DNA from: a virus
DNA: 64,000 nt
Virus record (IMG/VR): IMGVR_UViG_3300032893_000028
Location: 9,972-73,971 of that record
Direction: 5' to 3' (one strand)
Shown here: positions 1-9,008 of the stretch, in pieces
Numbering within the stretch: position 1 is the first letter of the stretch
How the letters are laid out: every line of letters begins with the position of its first letter
Made by a program: the position numbers and the translations under genes
Notes under the pieces: generated by a model
The model's input: the letters and a program-made list of their open reading frames with translations, nothing else
Told to the model about the DNA's origin: nothing
Databases searched by the model: none

Positions 1-633
1 GGATTGACGGCCGCGATCATCCTCAACCCGTTCGCAGCACTCGCGGTCGCGTTCGGCGGCATTTTGCTCTTCCTCAACTCCATCCAGCGCTTCCGTGAGG
101 GGCGCGATTCGCTATTTGGCGACTGGATGCGGATGCTCAATGATTGGGCGCAGCCCAATGCCAATGACCCCTGGTGGCTCAAGGCCATCAAGGAGCTTGT
201 GCTATACATGCAGAAGGCGCTCGGCATCGCTGACAAGCTGGGCGTGGCGGGTGACAAGGCGCGCAACAAGATTCCCGATCTGACTCTCGGTGAGCGCGCC
301 GCTTCGCTCACAGTCCCAGGGGCGGCATACATCTTCGGTAAGAAGAAATTAGAGCAAAGCCGGCAGCAAGGCGGATTGCTGTACGGATACAATCAGGCGC
401 GGGAAGCGGGACTCAATCCATTCGCGGCGACGCTGCATGCGTCCGATTACGCGGATACGAGCCCTTATTATTTGCCGCCGGGGCAGGGAGTACTCAAGGC
501 TCCGACGCAAAATAACGCGCGCACCTACAACATCTATCAGGCGCCCGGGATGAGCGCGTCCGACGTCGTCAACCTCATCCAACAGCACGAGGACACGGCC
601 AATGAAGAAGCGGCCGCGGCGCTGGGAGACTAA
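1..633 (+). CDS. Probable tail tape measure protein, C-terminal part (5' end outside window)
   Basis: Open frame from the window edge, Ala/Gly-rich with hydrophobic helices, directly upstream of baseplate genes; call is by position. Confidence 0.5.
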   Translation, partial: GLTAAIILNPFAALAVAFGGILLFLNSIQRFREGRDSLFGDWMRMLNDWAQPNANDPWWLKAIKELVLYMQKALGIADKLGVAGDKARNKIPDLTLGERAASLTVPGAAYIFGKKKLEQSRQQGGLLYGYNQAREAGLNPFAATLHASDYADTSPYYLPPGQGVLKAPTQNNARTYNIYQAPGMSASDVVNLIQQHEDTANEEAAAALGD

Positions 634-636
634 CCC

Positions 637-1314
637 ATGGCGCAGCAGCGGGTCACGGTCATCCAGCGCGGCGGGGTCATCACCGCCGACACGACGATGA
701 TCACCATGCACGCGGTGGTGAGCGAGCAGCATACGCTTACCAACACGATCACCGACCACCCCGTTGAAACGGGCTTCAACGCGAGCGACCACTCGCGCCC
801 CAACCCGGACCTTGTCACGATGGACTGCCGCATTTCCAACACGCCGCTGTCGAGCGGGCAGGCGACGGAGGCGGTCAAGGCCGGCGCGTTCACCATCCAG
901 ACCACGACCGCCGCGGCGCAGGCCGCCGGCGCTATCGGGGCCGTCGATGGCTACGCGCAGGGCGAGTGGGCCAAGCTGCGCCGGCTGCGCGACATCGGCG
1001 CCATCGTCACCGTGGCGACGACCATGGGCAGCTACGACTCGATGGCGATCGAGTCCATCTCGCTGCCACGCTCGGCCAGGAACTACGACGCGATCGCGTT
1101 CTCCATCTCGTTCAAGCGCATTCGCGTCGTGCAGAACAAGCTCACGCGCGGTGTCGTCTCGACCGACAAGCGCGTCGGCAAGAAGAAGTCGACGGGCAAC
1201 AAGACGGCGAAGGACGCAGGGCAGGATATTGACCCGCTGCGCAAAGTCGCGAACGGCATCAAGGACGCGAGTAATAAGGTGCTCAGCGGCTTCGGCGGCG
1301 CGGCGGGAGACTAA
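637..1314 (+). CDS. Baseplate/tail Dit-like (tube-initiator) protein
   Basis: ITDHPVETG...SDH motif typical of phage Dit-like proteins following the tape measure. Confidence 0.7.
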   Translation: MAQQRVTVIQRGGVITADTTMITMHAVVSEQHTLTNTITDHPVETGFNASDHSRPNPDLVTMDCRISNTPLSSGQATEAVKAGAFTIQTTTAAAQAAGAIGAVDGYAQGEWAKLRRLRDIGAIVTVATTMGSYDSMAIESISLPRSARNYDAIAFSISFKRIRVVQNKLTRGVVSTDKRVGKKKSTGNKTAKDAGQDIDPLRKVANGIKDASNKVLSGFGGAAGD

Positions 1315-1316
1315 CG

Positions 1317-1658
1317 ATGCCGCTTGAGATCGACATCCCGCTGTCCGAGGGCGCGCCGCTGCCGTTCTTCGACATGCAGGTGAGCCTGGAGGCGGTGACC
1401 TACACGCTCCAGCTCCGGTGGAACGTGCGCGCGTTGGCGTGGTACATGGACGTGCTCGACGAGCAGGGCTCGACGTATATCGTCCCCGGGCTCAAGCTCG
1501 TCACCGACTGGCCGCTCGGCGCGTACCGCTTCGGCCGGCAGCCGCCGGGCGCGTTCGCCGTGGTCGACAGCGCCGGCGAGGGGCAGGACCCCGACGATCT
1601 GAGCCTCGGCGTGCGCCACAAGCTCGTCTATTTCACCTCGACCGAGCTGGGGCTGTGA
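1317..1658 (+). CDS. Small baseplate plug-like protein
   Basis: 113 aa, 'YTLQLRWN...WYMDV' and 'DDLSLG..HKLVY' pattern of myophage baseplate plug proteins; synteny. Confidence 0.65.
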   Translation: MPLEIDIPLSEGAPLPFFDMQVSLEAVTYTLQLRWNVRALAWYMDVLDEQGSTYIVPGLKLVTDWPLGAYRFGRQPPGAFAVVDSAGEGQDPDDLSLGVRHKLVYFTSTELGL

Positions 1659-1659
1659 C

Positions 1660-2589
1660 GTGGCGGATAGGCTCTACGACCGCCGCGCGCGCGTGACCTT
1701 CGCGTCGCCCACCAGCACGACTAAGACGACCCAGACCACCGGCGACATCCGCGTCGACTACACGACCGTCACGAGCGACGTGCTCGTCGTCGAGGCGGGC
1801 GAAGGCGGCGAGCGGCCGGCGGGGCTGCGCATCTCGTTCAAGGTGACCAAGACCGACGGCAAGGAGCCCAACACGGCCGAGATCGTCGTCACCAATTTGA
1901 ACGACGACAGTCGCGGGCTCATCCAGAAGAAGGGGACCAAGATCATCCTCGAGGCGGGCTACGCGAGCACGGGCGTCTCGCGCATCTGGCGCGGGGACGC
2001 GCGCACGGTCGACAACGTGCGCGACGGCGCCGACTGGAACTCGACGATCAAGGGCGGCGACGGCGAGCGCGCCTACAAGCTGGCGCGCGTGTCGGAGAGC
2101 TTCGCACCGGGGACGCAGGCGGGCGCCATCCTGCAGTACCTGGCCAACGCCAGCGGGCTGCAGATCGGCAACACGCCCGACGTTGTCCTGAACCTGACGC
2201 AGTCCTTCGACCAGGGCTACGTCGTCTCGGGGCAGTGGGCGCACGAGATGGACCGATTCCTCAGGGGCACGGGCTATGCGTGGAGCGTGCAGGACGACAC
2301 GCTCCAGGTGCTCTTACCCGGTCAGGCGTCGACGGCCGAGTTTCCCGAGATCTCGCCCGACAGCGGTCTCATCGGCTCGCCCGAATTCGGCTCGCCCGAG
2401 AAGAAGGGCAAGCCGGCGCTAGTCAAGTTTCGCTCACTGCTCCAGCCGTGCGTACCGGGAGCGAAATTGGTCCTGCGTTCCCGTCGATATAACGGCCCCG
2501 TGCGGGTGAAAAAAATATCCATAATTGGTGACACGCATGGCGCCGAGTGGTACACCGACTACGAAGGCGTGTTACTATCGACGACGTGA
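1660..2589 (+). CDS. Baseplate hub protein
   Basis: 'PNTAEIVVTNL', 'ILEAGY', 'WSVQD', 'SGLIGSP', 'GDTHGAEW' motifs of phage hub proteins. Confidence 0.8.
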   Translation: MADRLYDRRARVTFASPTSTTKTTQTTGDIRVDYTTVTSDVLVVEAGEGGERPAGLRISFKVTKTDGKEPNTAEIVVTNLNDDSRGLIQKKGTKIILEAGYASTGVSRIWRGDARTVDNVRDGADWNSTIKGGDGERAYKLARVSESFAPGTQAGAILQYLANASGLQIGNTPDVVLNLTQSFDQGYVVSGQWAHEMDRFLRGTGYAWSVQDDTLQVLLPGQASTAEFPEISPDSGLIGSPEFGSPEKKGKPALVKFRSLLQPCVPGAKLVLRSRRYNGPVRVKKISIIGDTHGAEWYTDYEGVLLSTT

Positions 2590-2605
2590 GAGCCAGCGCG
2601 TGGGA

Positions 2606-2725
2606 GTGAAGTTGCTCGGCCGTCGAACCTACAAGCTACGCAAGCGGGGGCAGAAAGCGCAGGCGCCGCGCGGGGCGTCGGCCGGTAAGCGCAAGCGCTG
2701 CCCGACCTGCGGGGCGCAGCGGTGA
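2606..2725 (+). CDS. Small basic protein with CxxC
   Basis: 39-aa frame filling the gap between hub and spike, overlapping the next start; KRKRCPTCG. Confidence 0.3.
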   Translation: MKLLGRRTYKLRKRGQKAQAPRGASAGKRKRCPTCGAQR

Positions 2726-3471
2726 GCGACCAGGAGCGCGACGAGGAGGTCCGCCGGCCCAGGCGACAGACCGTCATCGCCGCCGCCGTCGAGGCCGCGC
2801 TCAAGCGCCTGCCGCGCGCGCTGCCCGCGCGCGTGGTCTCGTACGATTCGTCGATGCAGCGCGTCTCGTGCAAGGTGCTCGTCATGCGCCCGTTCTTCGA
2901 CGAGGAGGACGCGCGTCAAGTCGAGTCGATCCCCGTCGTCCCAGGCGTCCCGGTCGTGTTCCCGGGCGCCAACGGCAGCTTCCGCACGACTGTGCCCATC
3001 TCCGACGGCAACCTGCAGATCAACGGCGCGACCGTGCCGGCCACGACGGGCCTGCTCATCTGGGCCGACCGCTCGCTCGACAAGTGGCTGACGGGCAAGG
3101 GCGACGAGGTCGACCCCGAGTTCGACCACGCCAACTCCATCGCCGACGCGTTCTTCTTGCCCGGGCTCAACCCCTTCGGCGCGCCGCTGGCGTACGCGCC
3201 GACGGACCGCATGACCATCGGCCGCGACCAGTCGCCCTCGGACATCGAAATCGATGGCGGCGGAAACGTCAACGTGGCGAATGGCTCCAACGGGGCGGCG
3301 CGCGTGGGCGACCCAAGCCAGATAGGAACGCCGCTCTCGACGTGGATGAGCCAGGTGGAGACGGCCATCAACCTGATCGCCGGTGGCTCCGTCGTTCCGC
3401 TCTCCTCCACGTTCCTGACGTCGCCGGGCATCACCGTTAAGACGGGTTCCAGCAAGGTCAAAATCGGGTAG
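2722..3471 (+). CDS. Baseplate central spike (Gp138-like)
   Basis: 'LPARVVSYD', 'VPVVFP', 'LLIWADRSLDKW', 'ADAFFLPG', 'AARVGD'. Confidence 0.8.
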   Translation: MSDQERDEEVRRPRRQTVIAAAVEAALKRLPRALPARVVSYDSSMQRVSCKVLVMRPFFDEEDARQVESIPVVPGVPVVFPGANGSFRTTVPISDGNLQINGATVPATTGLLIWADRSLDKWLTGKGDEVDPEFDHANSIADAFFLPGLNPFGAPLAYAPTDRMTIGRDQSPSDIEIDGGGNVNVANGSNGAARVGDPSQIGTPLSTWMSQVETAINLIAGGSVVPLSSTFLTSPGITVKTGSSKVKIG

Positions 3472-3480
3472 AATCGGCCC

Positions 3481-3858
3481 ATGGCCGACCCGGTTCGCGA
3501 TTTCGCCCTGGACGACGACGGCGACATGGCGGTGGCCAACGGCGACCGCGTGGTAGTCGCGGGGCAAGACGCTGTGGCGCAGGCGTGCAAGGTCAAGCTC
3601 AAGCTCTTCCTCAAGGAGATTTTCCTCGACCAATCGCTCGGCGTCGACTACCTGGGCGTGGTACTGGTTAAGAACCCCGACCCGATCGTCGTGCGCGAGG
3701 CCATCCGCGCGCGCCTGCTCTCCGTGGCGGACGTGATCGAGGTCGTCGGCGCGCAGCTCCTCTTCAGCGACCCGAATGACCCGCGCTCGGCCAGCATCGC
3801 CTACTCCATCCGCACCAACTACTCGCAGACGCCTATCACCGACACGGTGAGCCCGTAA
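3481..3858 (+). CDS. Baseplate wedge/sheath-initiator (gp25-like) protein
   Basis: 'DAVAQACKVKLKLFLKEIFLD..LGVDY'; lies between spike and baseplate J. Confidence 0.75.
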   Translation: MADPVRDFALDDDGDMAVANGDRVVVAGQDAVAQACKVKLKLFLKEIFLDQSLGVDYLGVVLVKNPDPIVVREAIRARLLSVADVIEVVGAQLLFSDPNDPRSASIAYSIRTNYSQTPITDTVSP

Positions 3859-5324
3859 TGGCCACCGTCTACGGGCTCACGGCCGAGGGCTGGGTCGGCA
3901 AACCGCTGTCGGTCATCGTCGACGAGCTGCAGACCGACTACCTCAACATCCTCGGCAGCAGCGCGGGCACTGAGAGCGATGGCACTATCCCGCTCGACTC
4001 GCTGGCGGGCCAAGAGATCACTGTCCTGTCTGACGGATTCGCGGCCATGTGGGACCTCGGGCAAGCCATCTACTCGAGCCTCGACCCCAACGCGGCGTCC
4101 TCCGCCGCGCTCGATCAGGTCTGCGCGCTGACCGGCACCACGCGCGACCAGAAGTCATTCTCGACGGTGACCGAGACCTGCACGGGGACGCCCGGGACGC
4201 TGCTCGTCGTCGGTCGGCAGGTCAAGACGAACGACGCCACCAATTCCGTCTTCGTCTCGACGGCCGCTGGCACCATCGCGGCCTTGACGGCATGGGCATC
4301 GGGGACGGGCTACTCCATCGGTGACCGGCGCACCAACGCCAACCGGACCTACGTCTGCATCACCGCGGGGACGTCGGCCGGCTCTGGCGGCCCGACCACC
4401 ACCGCGAGCGACATCACCGACAACACCGTCCACTGGCAATACATGGGCGACGGGACGGGCGCGGTCGACGTCGCATTCAAGGCCGCGCAGGCCGGTCCCG
4501 TGGGCGCGCTGGCGGGCGTACTGACGAGCATTGTCACGCCCGTGTCGGGGTGGTCGGGGGCGATCAACCTCCACGATGCGGCCGCGGGCGCGCTGGCCGA
4601 GACTGACCCGGCGCTGCGCGCGCGCCGCGAGGCGGAGCTCGCCGGCCAGGGCGGCTCGACCGCCGACGCCATCCGCGCGGCCATCCTCAAGGTCAACGAG
4701 GGCTCGACCGACCCCAACCACCAGCCCCCGACGTCCTGCACGGTCTTCTACAACGACACCGACGCGGCCGACGCCAACGGCGTGCCTCCCCACTCGGTCG
4801 AGATCTTGGTGCAGAACGGCACCGACCAGGACGTCACGCAGGCGGTGTGGAACGCGGTCGGCGCGGGCACAGGCACCTACGGCAACACGTCGGGCGTGGC
4901 GACAGACTCGCAGGGCAACTCGCAGCCCGTGTCCTGGTCGCGACCGGTGGCGGTGCCCATCTACGTGACGGCGACGGTCAACTACGACTCGACGCAGTGG
5001 TCGAGCTCAGCGCTGGTCGTCCAGGCGGCGTTGTCGGCGCTGCTCACCTACGGTGATGCCATCGCGATCGGCGTCGACGTCCGCTCGTCCATCCTGTCGG
5101 GCGCCATCCTCTTCCAGCCCTCGGCCACCGACACGGCCGGCAACGCCGTGGTCCCGGCCCCGGCCGGCTCGGTCGCGGCGCCTGGGCTGCTCGAGGTGTC
5201 GACGATGCTTATCGGCACAGCGCCCAGTCCGGTCAGCTCGGCGTCGATCCCCATCTCCACCAGGCAGCTCGCGACTTTCGATAGCTCGCGGTGCATCATC
5301 ACCGCCGTCGCGGAGACGCCGTAG
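3858..5324 (+). CDS. Baseplate J/gp47-family wedge protein with an inserted carbohydrate-binding-like module
   Basis: 'ALDQVCALTG', 'ETDPALRAR', 'NGVPPHSVE'; insertion 'AWASGTGYSIGDRRTNANRTYVCITAGTS...VHWQY'. Confidence 0.85.
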   Translation: MATVYGLTAEGWVGKPLSVIVDELQTDYLNILGSSAGTESDGTIPLDSLAGQEITVLSDGFAAMWDLGQAIYSSLDPNAASSAALDQVCALTGTTRDQKSFSTVTETCTGTPGTLLVVGRQVKTNDATNSVFVSTAAGTIAALTAWASGTGYSIGDRRTNANRTYVCITAGTSAGSGGPTTTASDITDNTVHWQYMGDGTGAVDVAFKAAQAGPVGALAGVLTSIVTPVSGWSGAINLHDAAAGALAETDPALRARREAELAGQGGSTADAIRAAILKVNEGSTDPNHQPPTSCTVFYNDTDAADANGVPPHSVEILVQNGTDQDVTQAVWNAVGAGTGTYGNTSGVATDSQGNSQPVSWSRPVAVPIYVTATVNYDSTQWSSSALVVQAALSALLTYGDAIAIGVDVRSSILSGAILFQPSATDTAGNAVVPAPAGSVAAPGLLEVSTMLIGTAPSPVSSASIPISTRQLATFDSSRCIITAVAETP

Positions 5325-5325
5325 C

Positions 5326-5892
5326 GTGGCGCTCACGATCGACTACGTCTCGGACTGGCAGTCGCGGCTGCGCGCCCGCATCTATTGGCAATTTAAAGGT
5401 AAGCCTAAAATTCAGGCTTGGGTTGATATGGTGGCGAAGCAATTCGCCGACCTCGAGGACGCGTTCCAGTCGCTCCTGACGCTGCCGTCGATCGACGACT
5501 CGGCCGGCGCGCAGCTCGATCTCCTCGGGCGCCTGCTCGGCCAGGCGCGCGGGGGCGTCGACGACGCCACCTACCGGCTCTACCTGCGCGCGGCGATCGT
5601 GGCCGAGAAGTCGGGCGGTCGCGGCGAGGACATTTACCGCACCTTCGCGGCGCTCTTCCCGGGCTCGCCGTTGCTGTTGGTCTCGGGCGGGGTCAAGAGC
5701 TTCTACCTCCGCGTCGGCCAAGTGCTCACGCGCGCGCAGGCGCTGGTCGGCCAGCAGTTCCTGCTCCGCGCCAAGGAGGCCGGCGCGCGCGCCAACCTCA
5801 TCTGGCAGGAATCACCGACCGCCGCGCTGTTCACGCTTGACTCGGGACCCGGCTTGGACTCCGGGGTATTCACCGGCGCGCTGCCGGTGTAG
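5326..5892 (+). CDS. Baseplate wedge protein (DUF2612-like)
   Basis: GTG start at 5326; 'IDDSAGAQLDLLGRLLGQAR..VDDATYRLYLRA'. Confidence 0.75.
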   Translation: MALTIDYVSDWQSRLRARIYWQFKGKPKIQAWVDMVAKQFADLEDAFQSLLTLPSIDDSAGAQLDLLGRLLGQARGGVDDATYRLYLRAAIVAEKSGGRGEDIYRTFAALFPGSPLLLVSGGVKSFYLRVGQVLTRAQALVGQQFLLRAKEAGARANLIWQESPTAALFTLDSGPGLDSGVFTGALPV

Positions 5893-5901
5893 TCTGGACG
5901 C

Positions 5902-6969
5902 ATGACGGCACGTCCGACCGGGTACGCCACGTGGGCCGCGAGCGGGGCGACCAATCTCGCGCAGCCGGACGGCGCGCATCAAAACGTCGGCTGGGGCGTC
6001 GGCGAGGCGCCGCCGAGCTCATATTTCAACTACCTGCAGCAGCAGTACGACCAGTGGATCCGCTACCTCGACGCACAGCGCGGGGGCGCCATCTTCGGCG
6101 ACGGCAGCGACGGCGCCGTGGTCTTCGACGGCGTGGCTACCGGCGCCTCGATGGGCCTGGGCGCGTTGGCGACTGGACCAAGCGGCGGCGCATACCGCCT
6201 CGTGCGAGACCTCTTTGCGACCACCGTCGGCGTGGCCACGGGGATCGAGCTGCAGACGGCCGGATTTCGCGTTTTTGCGACCGATCAGTTTACGGCCACT
6301 GGTCTGGCGCGCGTCACCTCCAACGGCATGACTGGTGCGACCGGCAACGGAGCATCCGGCGGTCTCGGCGGCCTGCCTGCTCCGGCGGGGACCGTCGGTG
6401 GCGGCGCTACAGGCGGGCGCGGCAGTAACATCGGTGGAACCCCAGCTACCGGCGGTACGGCGACGGGATACGGTGGGGCGGGCGGCGGTGGTGGCAGCGA
6501 GACCAATGGTGGCGTGGTCACGGCCCCGCCGGCGAACGCGGGATCGCCGCGCGGACCTATCGGCGGTCAATTTTTCGGCTCGATCGCAGGGGCCGGCCTC
6601 GCGGCGCCGTATTGGTACCAGGCCGGCGGCGGCGGAGGAGGCGGCGACGCGGGCGCCAGCACGGGCGTGGGCGGCGGCGGTGGAGGCGGCGGCGGTGTGC
6701 TCGCGATTTCGGCGCGCAACCTGTATTGTGCGACGTCGATCAACCTGCAGACGCGCGGCGGCGCCGGCGGCGCGGGAAGCGCGCTCGGGCCGAACTCGGG
6801 CGGTGGAGGAGGCGGCGGCGGCCTCGTACTATTGGCCTACGGGGCAAAGTCGGCGGGTGCATCGTTTCCGGCGGTTGAATGCTGCCCGGGGGGCATCGGT
6901 GGCGCCGGCATCACCGCGACCGGAAAAACGGGCGCCGTGGGCACCGTGATTGAATTAGCTATTCGTTAG
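5902..6969 (+). CDS. Glycine-rich tail fibre/collar protein
   Basis: N-terminal 'GWGVGEAPPSSYFNYLQ' baseplate-attachment motif; 'FGDGSDG'; poly-Gly tracts. Confidence 0.7.
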   Translation: MTARPTGYATWAASGATNLAQPDGAHQNVGWGVGEAPPSSYFNYLQQQYDQWIRYLDAQRGGAIFGDGSDGAVVFDGVATGASMGLGALATGPSGGAYRLVRDLFATTVGVATGIELQTAGFRVFATDQFTATGLARVTSNGMTGATGNGASGGLGGLPAPAGTVGGGATGGRGSNIGGTPATGGTATGYGGAGGGGGSETNGGVVTAPPANAGSPRGPIGGQFFGSIAGAGLAAPYWYQAGGGGGGGDAGASTGVGGGGGGGGGVLAISARNLYCATSINLQTRGGAGGAGSALGPNSGGGGGGGGLVLLAYGAKSAGASFPAVECCPGGIGGAGITATGKTGAVGTVIELAIR

Positions 6970-7468
6970 AATGTACAGCGAAATACTCGGCCGCGTCGGC
7001 CTCCCGTAGACCTTCGGCAGCCAGCGGGTGGTTGACGTACCGGTACATGACCGCGTACTGATCGTCGACGTGCCAGAGGCCGAGCGCATGACCAAGTTCA
7101 TGCGCGAGTGCCACTTCCTGCTCTCCCGGGAGCAACGCCGCCAGCGCCTCGCGCTGCACCTCGATGCAGGGGCCATCCGCGCAGGCGCCCACTCCCTCGG
7201 CGCCAACGCTGCTTGGCGCGTGATCCCAGGCCGCCGCCGAGACCAGACGCAGCGGTAGTCCGTCCCCCGACAGACGCACTTCGACGTCGGCACCGACGGT
7301 ACTCCAGAGCGAGGCGGCGGCGCGTACGCGCTGTATAAGCGCCGGGTCAGTTTGGACGGCGGCGTCCGGGATGATCGTGATATGAGTCGGTGACGTCATC
7401 GCCCCTTCGCCGCATCCGGCCGCCAGCGCGAGCAGGAGCACGAGCTGCTTGACGTTGACATTGTCCAT
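6959..7468 (-). CDS. Matrixin-like (M10) zinc metalloprotease, predicted lipoprotein
   Basis: HELGHALGLWH (HExxHxxGxxH) plus Met-turn 'AVMY'; lipobox LAAGC; has its own promoter. Confidence 0.8.
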   Translation of the reverse strand: MDNVNVKQLVLLLALAAGCGEGAMTSPTHITIIPDAAVQTDPALIQRVRAAASLWSTVGADVEVRLSGDGLPLRLVSAAAWDHAPSSVGAEGVGACADGPCIEVQREALAALLPGEQEVALAHELGHALGLWHVDDQYAVMYRYVNHPLAAEGLREADAAEYFAVHSNE

Positions 7469-7474
7469 GCGCGT

Positions 7475-7516
7475 AATCTAGCATCGCCCTCCAATTTGTC
7501 AACAAAAATCTTCTTA
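7475..7516 (-). promoter_or_regulatory. Sigma70-type promoter, motif copy 1 (TTGACA-16-TAGATT), leaderless to 7468
   Basis: AGATTTTTGTTGACAAAT; -10 ends 6 nt before ATG. Confidence 0.7.
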
Positions 7517-7551
7517 AAATCGACCGGGCCGTCGGTGCTAGAATCGGGACC

Positions 7552-8970
7552 ATGCGCAAGTACTTGACCGCCGTCGTCATGATCGCAGTCGCCGTATTAG
7601 GCGCCGGCTTGGCGCTCCGCGAGCGCTCCGCCGCCGCGACCGCCACCGCCGATAACAGCGCCATTTCCGTCGGGGCTGGCGTCCGCTACATCTGCCAGAC
7701 GTCCGCGCCCGCGCCGGTCGGGCGCGCGCGCACGTGGGTGCGCTGCTCGGACGGGCACCAGATGTTCACGGGCGCCAACAACGTCGACATCGACTTGCAG
7801 GCGGGCGCGGGCGGCGCGGTCTCCTGCTTGACCTCGACGGGGGCCGCGGGCACGGGGTGCGCGATCTACGGCGCTGCGGCGCGCGTCCGCGCCGTGGGCG
7901 CCACGACCGACCAGTACAGCCCCACGCTGGGAACGAGCTTCCAGCAGCTCAACGGCCGCACCTTCCCGGTGCCCAGCGATGTCTCGCGGGTGCGGGTGCG
8001 GATCAACAACGGCATTTGGAACACCGCCTCGCAGAATACGGGGGCGGCCACCATCAACGTGGGCGTCTGCCCGAGCAACGGCTCCTACGCCTGCGCCGGC
8101 GGGGCGTTCTCGGGGACGACGACGGGGCTCTCGCTGCCCGGCGCGGACATCGACGTCGTCGCCCCGTCGACCTCGACCTGGTACACCGTCTCGCAGGGCA
8201 CCGACAAGAACGTGCTCGTGATCTTCGGCATGGACACCGCCAGCAACGGCTCCTTCAAGGAGTCGTTCGGCGGTTTCTCCGTGTGGGGGAAGTACCTCAG
8301 CGGAACGGCGACGCTCAACGCCAGCCCGACGTGGACGGGCACCGATCCCACCCCCGAGCTCTGGGTCTCGCTCGAGTACGAGACCTCCAAGCGGCGCATC
8401 GTGGTCATCGGCGACAGTATTTCGAAGGGCAACAGCTCGAGCACGCCGCCGGGCTTCGACGCGGCGTGGCCGAACGTCGTCGCGCGCGACAAGGACTACG
8501 GGGTCACGGTGATCGGCATCGCGGGCGCCAGCTTCTCCACCTATCTGACCTACAACAGCGGCCCCAACATCTACACGCAGCCCATTTTCACGGGGGCGGA
8601 CTGCATCGTCGCCCTCGGCACGAATGATTTTTCCAGCGGCGTCGATACGCTGAAGGCCGGCGCGTCGCAGTTCATCCCCTACCTGCGCGGCGCGGGCTGC
8701 AAGGCCGTCTACCTCCTGAACGTGGCACCGTGCAACGTCTCGGGCGTGTCCACCGACCGGGTCTACTGGAATACCTACCTCGCGAGCACGGACGTTCCGC
8801 CGTTCGGCGTTACTAAGGTGATCGACATCGACTCCGCCCTCGACCCCACGCACGCCAATACCTTGTCGTCCACGGCGTGCGGGGGCGGCACGTGCGACTC
8901 CGGGGATGCGTGCCATCCCAGCACCGCCGGGCAACTCAAGATCGCGCAGACCGTCGAGGCGGCCATCTAG
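7552..8970 (+). CDS. SGNH/GDSL hydrolase-domain protein with N-terminal signal/anchor
   Basis: Block I 'VIGDSIS', block III 'LGTND', block V 'DACHP'; hydrophobic N-terminus. Confidence 0.8.
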   Translation: MRKYLTAVVMIAVAVLGAGLALRERSAAATATADNSAISVGAGVRYICQTSAPAPVGRARTWVRCSDGHQMFTGANNVDIDLQAGAGGAVSCLTSTGAAGTGCAIYGAAARVRAVGATTDQYSPTLGTSFQQLNGRTFPVPSDVSRVRVRINNGIWNTASQNTGAATINVGVCPSNGSYACAGGAFSGTTTGLSLPGADIDVVAPSTSTWYTVSQGTDKNVLVIFGMDTASNGSFKESFGGFSVWGKYLSGTATLNASPTWTGTDPTPELWVSLEYETSKRRIVVIGDSISKGNSSSTPPGFDAAWPNVVARDKDYGVTVIGIAGASFSTYLTYNSGPNIYTQPIFTGADCIVALGTNDFSSGVDTLKAGASQFIPYLRGAGCKAVYLLNVAPCNVSGVSTDRVYWNTYLASTDVPPFGVTKVIDIDSALDPTHANTLSSTACGGGTCDSGDACHPSTAGQLKIAQTVEAAI

Positions 8971-9008
8971 GCGCCGTAGTCAAGAGCGAATAGTGTAGAA
9001 TCGGCCGC

